A stretch of 64,000 bases of DNA from an uncultured Gammaproteobacteria bacterium (GTDB taxonomy: Bacteria; Patescibacteriota; Microgenomatia; UBA10105; UBA927): positions 141,897 to 205,896 of the forward strand of contig CAZSTG010000001.1 in NCBI GenBank assembly GCA_964609895.1. Reading direction: 5' to 3'. The notes beneath the pieces are model-generated. The model was not told where the DNA came from. It ran no database searches and worked only from the letters and a program-made list of their open reading frames with translations. The position numbers and the translations under genes are program-made. Shown piece by piece: positions 57,580 through 64,000 of this stretch (the stretch's first letter is position 1; every line of letters begins with the position of its first letter).

Positions 57580-58689
57580 ATGAGAAAAATTCTATATATC
57601 GTTTTACTTATCATTTTTAACCTGTTTGTTTTTTCTACGCCGATTGTTGCACAAGAGAAAGAAAGTCTTGCAGAGACATTAGAAGCAACTGTCACAAAGG
57701 TTGTCGAGGAAAAAGACGTTGTCATCATGGAAAAACAGCAGACATATCAAAAATTGGAATTATTGGTAACCAAAGGATCACTGCGAGACAAAACCATAGT
57801 GATAGAGAATGGCACCATGTTAATGACAAATGATCAGCAATATAGAGTAGGAGATGCAGTAATGGTACATGTAGAAAAAGACAGTGAAGGAAATGACCTT
57901 TTTTATATTACAGATTATGTTCGACGAGAGCCTCTTCGTTCGTTATTTATTATTTTTATTATCGTGACGATTATTGTTGCAAAACTTCGTGGTTTGACGT
58001 CTTTGCTGGGAATGGGATTATCGTTTATTGTAATTTTTGCATATATTTTGCCACGTATTCTTGCGGGTGCGCCACCTGTTCGCGTAGCAATTATTGGTTC
58101 AATGATTATTATCCCCATTTCATTTTTTCTTTCGCATGGCATAAATAAAAAAACGATTGTTGCAATGGCTGGCACAGCGTGTTCACTTGGTATTACGGGG
58201 TTTTTAGCAAGTACATTTGTGAGCGCGGCAAAACTTACAGGCTTCGCATCTGAAGAATCCTCTTTTATACAACTTGCGTCACAGGGAGCATTAAATATGA
58301 AAGGGTTGCTTCTCGCAGGAATAATTATTGGTGTATTAGGAGTTCTTGATGACATTACCGTTTCACAGTCAGCAATTGTCTTTCAGTTAAAAGAAGTTGA
58401 TAAGAAAATGCGTTTTAAGGAACTCTATAATCGTGCAATGCGTATTGGACAGGATCATATTGCATCTATGGTAAACACGTTAGTGCTTGTATATACAGGA
58501 GCATCATTGCCATTACTTTTGTTGTTTGTTCACAGTCCTCATTCATTTGCGGAAATAGTAAATCAAGAAATTATTGCTGATGAAATTATACGAACCTTGG
58601 TTGGAAGTATAGGGCTTGTACTCGCAGTGCCAATTACAACATTTATTGCCGTAATTGTTGCTTCAATTGATCTTGACGAAGCACTGTAA
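57580..58689 (+). CDS. YibE/F family membrane protein
   Basis: G.LG.LDDIT.SQ, IG.DHIASMVNTL.L.Y.G.SLP, GSIGL..AVP.TT. Confidence 0.9.
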   Translation: MRKILYIVLLIIFNLFVFSTPIVAQEKESLAETLEATVTKVVEEKDVVIMEKQQTYQKLELLVTKGSLRDKTIVIENGTMLMTNDQQYRVGDAVMVHVEKDSEGNDLFYITDYVRREPLRSLFIIFIIVTIIVAKLRGLTSLLGMGLSFIVIFAYILPRILAGAPPVRVAIIGSMIIIPISFFLSHGINKKTIVAMAGTACSLGITGFLASTFVSAAKLTGFASEESSFIQLASQGALNMKGLLLAGIIIGVLGVLDDITVSQSAIVFQLKEVDKKMRFKELYNRAMRIGQDHIASMVNTLVLVYTGASLPLLLLFVHSPHSFAEIVNQEIIADEIIRTLVGSIGLVLAVPITTFIAVIVASIDLDEAL

Positions 58690-58694
58690 AGCAA

Positions 58695-58737
58695 TTATTG
58701 CAAGTAACTTGCAATAACTATTTAATACTGATACACT
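58695..58737 (+). promoter_or_regulatory. Fur/Zur-type box overlapping the -35 of a leaderless-type promoter
   Basis: TTATTGCAAGT-A-ACTTGCAATAA (11-1-11); TTGCAA-N17-TACACT with TG, 7 nt before ATG. Confidence 0.75.
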
Positions 58738-58744
58738 TTCTGTC

Positions 58745-59140
58745 ATGCAAAAGAAGCAGGTATGTTGTTTTCGTAAAACTTTATCTCGAGAGGCGATTTT
58801 GTCGTGTATTTCAGATGCGCATACACCATTGTCGATTGACGATATTAAACGAACACTTCAAAAAAGACATGTACAGATTGATGATGCAACAATTTATCGC
58901 ACTATGAAAACATTTGTGGAAAAAGGTGAATTACAGCAAATTGATTTTCAAGAAGGAAAATTTCGATATGAATCCGCAAAACTTCCACATCATCATCATG
59001 TGGTGTGCGAAAAATGTGGTGCGGTGGAAGATGTTCCAGTGAAAGAAGATTTACTGTTAAAGCAGTTGCGTATAAAAACGAAATTCAAGGTAATACGGCA
59101 TAGCCTTGAGTTTTTCGGTCTTTGTAACAAGTGCCAATAA
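58745..59140 (+). CDS. Fur family regulator (Zur-like)
   Basis: ATIYR, HHHHVVCEKCG, GLCNKC; upstream of ZIP transporter. Confidence 0.9.
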   Translation: MQKKQVCCFRKTLSREAILSCISDAHTPLSIDDIKRTLQKRHVQIDDATIYRTMKTFVEKGELQQIDFQEGKFRYESAKLPHHHHVVCEKCGAVEDVPVKEDLLLKQLRIKTKFKVIRHSLEFFGLCNKCQ

Positions 59141-59142
59141 CT

Positions 59143-59886
59143 ATGAATACACTCATTGCAATCATTCTTGCAAATATTTTTATCAGTTTTGGAGGGCTTG
59201 CGGGTGTGATCACGCTTGCGCTGAAGGAGAAGACGCTGCAAAAAATTCTTATGTCGCTGGTTGCGTTGTCTGCAGGAGCTCTTATGGGCGGTGCCTTTAT
59301 TCATCTGCTTCCGGAGGCGGTGGAGTTGACGGAGCCGATGACTGCATTCGGCATTGTGCTTGCCTCTTTTGTGTGTTTTTTCTTTATAGAAAAATTGCTG
59401 CACTGGAGACATTGTCATAAAGGGCACTGCGATATACACACGTTCGGATATATGAATCTCATCGGAGACAGCGTACATAATTTCATCGACGGACTTATTC
59501 TTGCCGCAACATTTATGACATCGATACCTTTGGGAGTTGCAACGACCATTACCGTTGCTATGCATGAGATTCCCCAAGAAATCGGTGATTTCGGCGTGCT
59601 TTTATATTCGGGATTTGAAAAGAAAAAAGCACTGATTGCAAATTTCTGCGTCGCCTGCATCGCCATTCTGGGAGGAGTGACGGGATATTTTCTATCCCTG
59701 TATTCGGAGCATTTTATTGCTTATCTGCTGCCGTTTGCGGCGGGAGGATTTATTTATATTGCAGCATCGGATCTCATGCCGGAAATAAGGAAAGAACAAA
59801 GTTTGAAACGGACAATCGCCTCGTTCGGTATGTTTCTTGTCGGAATTGCTATCATGATTCTGGTAAAAGTGTTCGGTGCGGAATAA
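59143..59886 (+). CDS. ZIP family zinc transporter
   Basis: HLLPEA, HCH..HC..H, HNFIDG, HEIPQEIGDF. Confidence 0.93.
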   Translation: MNTLIAIILANIFISFGGLAGVITLALKEKTLQKILMSLVALSAGALMGGAFIHLLPEAVELTEPMTAFGIVLASFVCFFFIEKLLHWRHCHKGHCDIHTFGYMNLIGDSVHNFIDGLILAATFMTSIPLGVATTITVAMHEIPQEIGDFGVLLYSGFEKKKALIANFCVACIAILGGVTGYFLSLYSEHFIAYLLPFAAGGFIYIAASDLMPEIRKEQSLKRTIASFGMFLVGIAIMILVKVFGAE

Positions 59887-59887
59887 T

Positions 59888-60208
59888 ATGTCATTCAAAG
59901 ACACGGTGTATAACATAACAGCACATATCCCAAAAGGAAAAGTTGCGACATACGGGCAGATTGCACTGCTCGCAGGGAATCCCAAGGCCGCACGTGCCGT
60001 CGGCAGTTTTATGAAAACCAATCCGTTTGCGCCCCGCGTGCCGTGTCATCGGGTGGTCGCGGGGAACGGAAGTTTGACAGGGTATTCTGCTGCAGGTGGT
60101 GTGGTAAAAAAGAAATCCATGCTTATCCGTGAAGGAGTTCGGTTTTTGAAAGAAAAAGTGGATATGTCACGAAGCCGTTGGGATGGAAAGGCGTCATTGG
60201 ATGCATAA
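59888..60208 (+). CDS. Single-domain O6-methylguanine-DNA methyltransferase family protein
   Basis: IPKGKVATYG, ARAVG, VPCHRVV. Confidence 0.9.
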   Translation: MSFKDTVYNITAHIPKGKVATYGQIALLAGNPKAARAVGSFMKTNPFAPRVPCHRVVAGNGSLTGYSAAGGVVKKKSMLIREGVRFLKEKVDMSRSRWDGKASLDA

Positions 60209-60224
60209 GGTATAATACGGGGGT

Positions 60225-60734
60225 ATGAATAAACTCATTCCGATTCTCATTGGTATACTTATTGTTTCAGTGGTTGTTTTTTTGAAGCCTGCAACCACCT
60301 CTAAAAAAGTCCCTGCCGATTCATCGTCTGCCGTTGTCGTTTCTCCGGAGACAAGTTCTCCAACAGCTGAATTGACAAATACAAAAGACATTGTTGCTGT
60401 ATTTCTGCAGCATATCGCCGAAAAGCGCGTCGCGGAAGCAGTGCGTATGTTTTCAAAAAATGCGGCTCCTGATGATACGGCAAAGCAAGCATGGGGAGTA
60501 CAGTTTAATGCGTTCAGGAAGCTGACGGTTTTGGCAATTGAGCCATCGATGGAAGAATCATGGAAAGATGCGCAGAAGATATATCGGGTAACAATGGATG
60601 TGGAGATGGAGGAAGATACCGCGGAAGAGGCGATACCATATTTCGGGTATGTGAATGGAACAAATATGCGCTGGGTAACAATTGAAAAGGATGGAGCCGA
60701 TTGGAAAATTGCAGGAATCAGTACAGGACCATAA
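60225..60734 (+). CDS. Hypothetical exported protein
   Basis: N-terminal signal/TM; C-terminal WKI..I.TGP. Confidence 0.65.
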   Translation: MNKLIPILIGILIVSVVVFLKPATTSKKVPADSSSAVVVSPETSSPTAELTNTKDIVAVFLQHIAEKRVAEAVRMFSKNAAPDDTAKQAWGVQFNAFRKLTVLAIEPSMEESWKDAQKIYRVTMDVEMEEDTAEEAIPYFGYVNGTNMRWVTIEKDGADWKIAGISTGP

Positions 60735-60735
60735 T

Positions 60736-61308
60736 ATGACGATAACAAGCGCTGAGTTTATAAAAAGCATCAACGGTACAGACAAAGTTTTGTATAACGG
60801 CAAATATCAGATTGCATTTGTCGGACGTTCCAATGTCGGAAAATCCAGTCTCATTAATTCGCTTGTGCATGAGAAACTTGCCAGATCCAGTAAAGCTCCC
60901 GGAAAAACAAAACACCTCGATATATTTCAGATAAACAACAAATTTTATTTTGTGGATTTTCCTGGATACGGGTTTGCTCACGCGCCTGCTGACGAACGGG
61001 AACGGTATCGAAAAATGATGATGTGGTATTTTGAATATTCTGAAGTGAAACGAAGAACGGTCATTCATATTGTCGATAGTGTTGTGGGTATGACAGACTT
61101 CGATTTGCAGATGGTTGAATATCTGTCAGAACTTCATATTGATCGTGTAATTATTGCAAATAAAATTGATAAATTATCAAAGATCGATCAAAGAAAACAA
61201 ATTGAAGAAATTACAAAACAAGCTGGTGGTGCCCGAGTTATTCCCTACAGCACAAAAACAAATGAGGGAAGAACCTCCGTCCTGTCATATATAGAACATG
61301 TGATATGA
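60736..61308 (+). CDS. engB: GTP-binding protein YsxC/EngB
   Basis: GRSNVGKSSLIN, PGKT, VDFPGYG, NKID. Confidence 0.95.
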   Translation: MTITSAEFIKSINGTDKVLYNGKYQIAFVGRSNVGKSSLINSLVHEKLARSSKAPGKTKHLDIFQINNKFYFVDFPGYGFAHAPADERERYRKMMMWYFEYSEVKRRTVIHIVDSVVGMTDFDLQMVEYLSELHIDRVIIANKIDKLSKIDQRKQIEEITKQAGGARVIPYSTKTNEGRTSVLSYIEHVI

Positions 61309-62030
61309 AAAAATCATCTTTCATGTCTTCCGTGGTATGTTCAATTCAACAAGAGCTGAAAGATCACGCTGACCCAAAAACAAAGGAATCGGCGAAGCAT
61401 TTTTTCAAAGAAGAGATTCATGTGTACGGCGTAAAAACTGCGGGGGTTGTCTCGATTGCAAAAAAGTACTGGAAAGAGATTAAAGATTTGCCAAAGAAAC
61501 AAGTTTTTGCGTACGCAGAAGAGCTGTACAGATCAGGAATCATGGAAGAATCATTTATCGTTTCTGCATGGATTCCGCAGTTGGCAAAACAATTTGAAAA
61601 GAATGACATTCGTGTTTTTTATCGCTGGATTAATGCATATATTACCAACTGGGCGTCCTGCGATGGATTTTGTAATCATTCGGTTGGTGCCTATATGGTG
61701 AAGTTTCCTACGCAGGTTTCGATTCTTTTCAAATGGGCGACTTCCAAAAATCGTTGGGTCAGACGCGCGGCTGCGGTGTCTCTTATTGTTCCTGCTAAAC
61801 ACGGAAAATTTCTTGACGATGTTTTTGTAATTGCAGATATTTTGCTTTTGGATGCGGATGATATGGTGCAAAAAGGATACGGATGGCTTTTGAAAGAAGC
61901 AAGCAGACAACATCAAACGGAAGTATTTGAATATGTCATGAAACATAAACAAGAAATGCCTCGTACTGCGCTTCGGTACGCGATTGAACTGATGCCGCAA
62001 CAGCTTCGTAAAAAGGCGATGGAGAAATAA
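61305..62030 (+). CDS. DNA alkylation repair protein (AlkD-like)
   Basis: NWASCD, W..S.NRW.RR, DDMVQKGYGW.LKE, RTALRYAIE. Confidence 0.88.
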   Translation: MKKSSFMSSVVCSIQQELKDHADPKTKESAKHFFKEEIHVYGVKTAGVVSIAKKYWKEIKDLPKKQVFAYAEELYRSGIMEESFIVSAWIPQLAKQFEKNDIRVFYRWINAYITNWASCDGFCNHSVGAYMVKFPTQVSILFKWATSKNRWVRRAAAVSLIVPAKHGKFLDDVFVIADILLLDADDMVQKGYGWLLKEASRQHQTEVFEYVMKHKQEMPRTALRYAIELMPQQLRKKAMEK

Positions 62031-62048
62031 TTCTGATATACTAGGAAA

Positions 62049-62783
62049 ATGGCAAAAAAGGTAAGCATTATTATTGTTATTTTTGCGTTTCTGTTGGGAG
62101 GCATTGCGGTGTGGCTGAAAACTCGTCCTGTGGATGCCGTGTTGCCTGTTCTTGGAGATACGATTACATTACAAAAAATACAGACGAAGCCGAAAGAATC
62201 ATTTATCGATGTACTGTCGGTAACGCCTACGACAACACCAGTATTAGATCATCAGCTACAAGCTGATCCGCCTTTGGCGGAGAAAGGACCAATGGTTATG
62301 GAAATTGATACAGAAAAATCCTATGAGGCAATTTTAAAAACAAATCTGGGCGATATCACCGTCGCACTGAATGCGAGTGCAACTCCGATAACAGTAAACA
62401 ATTTTGTAAGTCTTGCGCGGAAGAATTTTTACGACAGTACTATTTTTCACAGAATTATTCAGGGATTTATGATTCAGGGCGGAGATCCGAACGGAACGGG
62501 AACGGGAGGGCCGGGGTATACATTTGATGACGAGCCGTTTACCGGAGAATATACAAGGGGAACACTTGCAATGGCAAATGCAGGACCCGATACCAACGGC
62601 AGCCAGTTTTTTATCATGCATGCGGACGTCCCGCTTCCAAAAAACTATGTTATTTTCGGACATGTGACAAAAGGAATGGATGTCGTAGATAAAATCGCGA
62701 CAGCCGCAACAAAACCTGAAGGTGAAGGATCGACACCCGTTAATCCGACCGTTGTTTCCACTATTGAAATCATTGAGAAATAA
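62049..62783 (+). CDS. Membrane-anchored cyclophilin-type peptidyl-prolyl isomerase
   Basis: FHRII.GFMIQGGDP, AMANAGPDTNGSQFFI. Confidence 0.95.
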   Translation: MAKKVSIIIVIFAFLLGGIAVWLKTRPVDAVLPVLGDTITLQKIQTKPKESFIDVLSVTPTTTPVLDHQLQADPPLAEKGPMVMEIDTEKSYEAILKTNLGDITVALNASATPITVNNFVSLARKNFYDSTIFHRIIQGFMIQGGDPNGTGTGGPGYTFDDEPFTGEYTRGTLAMANAGPDTNGSQFFIMHADVPLPKNYVIFGHVTKGMDVVDKIATAATKPEGEGSTPVNPTVVSTIEIIEK

Positions 62784-62784
62784 T

Positions 62785-63045
62785 ATGACAACATTGAGTG
62801 ATCTTGAAAGACGAGTGAGCGTCATTGAAAAAAGAAACACCCGCGTCGAACTGGATAAACGGTGGGAAACCAGTTGGGTGCGAAGAGTCGCAGTTATCAT
62901 TTTTACGTATGTCGCAATTGGTATGTATTTGCAATTCATTCATGTTACTGATCCTTGGTTAAACGCCATTGTTCCCGCAGTTGGATTTTTTCTTTCAACG
63001 CTTACACTCAGTGTCATAAAACAATTTTGGATGAAAGAAAAATAA
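62785..63045 (+). CDS. Small conserved hypothetical membrane protein
   Basis: IEKRN.RVE.DK.WETSW.RR, two TM, NAIVP.VGF.LSTL. Confidence 0.65.
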   Translation: MTTLSDLERRVSVIEKRNTRVELDKRWETSWVRRVAVIIFTYVAIGMYLQFIHVTDPWLNAIVPAVGFFLSTLTLSVIKQFWMKEK

Positions 63046-63076
63046 ATTAGGAAAATCATTGTATAATAGAACACAT

Positions 63077-63649
63077 ATGAATACATCATCGCTCACACAA
63101 CAAAATTTACTCAAAGCATTTGCAGGAGAAAGCCAAGCAAGAAACAAATATGCCATGTTTGCTAAAATGGCACGGAAAGAAAATTTAGAATGGATTGCAC
63201 GTGTATTTGAGGAAACAGCGGATAATGAACGCGCACATGCGGAAGAACTGTTTGAGCAGATAAAAGGAAAAGTGTCCGTTCCAAACAGTACACTGGACAT
63301 TGAAGGATACTCCGCAAATACTGTTGAAAATTTGAAGATGGCTGCAGCGGGTGAAAAGTATGAATGGACATCTATGTATCCGGAATTTGAGAAAATTGCT
63401 GCCGCTGAAAAAGATCCGGAAGCGACGCGGCTGTTCGGTAATCTGAAAAAAGTTGAGGAAAAACATGAGGAACGATATATCATTCTCGCAAAGCATCTGG
63501 ATGCAAAGACGTTATATGATCAGGATACAGAGCTTGAATGGAAATGTGTAAACTGCGGATATATCCATAAAGGGAAGACACCTCCTCAAAAATGCCCAGT
63601 GTGTCAGAAGCCGTATACATGGTACATGCCGCTTGGACTCGTCAGGTAA
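63077..63649 (+). CDS. Rubrerythrin
   Basis: AFAGESQA, NE..H, E..H, C-terminal CVNC/CPVC rubredoxin-like domain. Confidence 0.95.
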   Translation: MNTSSLTQQNLLKAFAGESQARNKYAMFAKMARKENLEWIARVFEETADNERAHAEELFEQIKGKVSVPNSTLDIEGYSANTVENLKMAAAGEKYEWTSMYPEFEKIAAAEKDPEATRLFGNLKKVEEKHEERYIILAKHLDAKTLYDQDTELEWKCVNCGYIHKGKTPPQKCPVCQKPYTWYMPLGLVR

Positions 63650-63652
63650 CAT

Positions 63653-64000
63653 ATGGAGAAAGCACCTGCGTTTCAGCTTCCTGACCAGACAGGCTCTGTT
63701 CACACGCTTCTTCAGTATCGAGGAAAGTGGGTCGTTTTGTATTTCTATCCAAAGGATGATACTCCGGGGTGCACAAAAGAAGCGTGTAATTTCAGGGATG
63801 CATGGAAAGATTTTACGAGTGTGGGAGTTGTGATTTTGGGAGTGTCAAAAGATTCTGTTGCCTCACACAAGAAATTTGCGGAAAAATTTCATTTGCAGTT
63901 TCCACTGCTCAGTGATGAAACAAAAGAGGTGATCAAAGCGTATGGCGCGTGGGGAGTCAAGAAATTTATGGGTAGAGAATTTGAAGGAGTGAAACGGACA
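63653..64000 (+). CDS. bcp: Peroxiredoxin Bcp (runs off window end)
   Basis: Translated by hand: MEKAPAFQLPDQ...VVLYFYPKDDTPGCTKEACNFRD. Confidence 0.92.
   Translation, partial: MEKAPAFQLPDQTGSVHTLLQYRGKWVVLYFYPKDDTPGCTKEACNFRDAWKDFTSVGVVILGVSKDSVASHKKFAEKFHLQFPLLSDETKEVIKAYGAWGVKKFMGREFEGVKRT

Noticed and set aside
63633-63833. 66-aa ORF in the track
   Set aside because: Wrong frame; the real gene is bcp starting at 63653 and running off the window.
1-64000. CRISPR array, cas genes, integrase, transposase, prophage, or defence/retron/DGR system
   Set aside because: I found no regularly spaced repeats and no ORF with the relevant motifs. Nearly all long ORFs are recognisable housekeeping or membrane proteins.
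1-64000. Alternative genetic code (TGA=Gly as in Gracilibacteria/Absconditabacteria)
   Set aside because: Conserved genes are full length under code 11, and several (rplR, rny, comM) end properly at TGA.

Overview
Core-genome segment of a bacterium using genetic code 11. It is most likely Patescibacteria/CPR, Microgenomates-like; this is inferred from the absence of rpmD/L30 between rpsE and rplO, an N-terminally shortened L2, a GAD-less AspRS and many CPR-type membrane-anchored hypothetical proteins. Bases 2.6-22.4 kb hold a contiguous fusA-tuf-S10-spc-secY-adk-cmk-map-infA-alpha-rplM-rpsI translation superoperon with no rpsL/rpsG in front. Next come housekeeping genes: recA-recX-rny-hup, miaB-miaA, RNase P RNA, comM, secDF, cca, recJ, aspS, dacA, gltX, era, a mutY-like gene, tRNA-Pro(GGG) and tRNA-Gln(CUG). 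The right end is a mixed block of metal/redox and repair genes (DUF5320-DUF134-thioredoxin-Grx/DsbD-like-YibE/F-Zur-ZIP, MGMT, AlkD-like, rubrerythrin, Bcp). I saw no CRISPR array, integrase, transposase or prophage. The most interesting signals are non-coding. (1) A promoter-driven ~185-nt rod-like RNA upstream of rny is a 6S-like candidate. (2) An attenuator-like leader with boxA controls an orphan 78-aa ORF flanked by 13-bp inverted repeats. (3) Promoter-hairpin-poly(U) leaders recur inside the ribosomal superoperon. (4) Leaderless-type promoters are pervasive and there is a U(-1) start context. (5) The tRNA-Gln 3' end is duplicated. (6) Short palindromes sit in frame inside genes. All product calls are from motif recognition by eye; no searches or folding programs were run.
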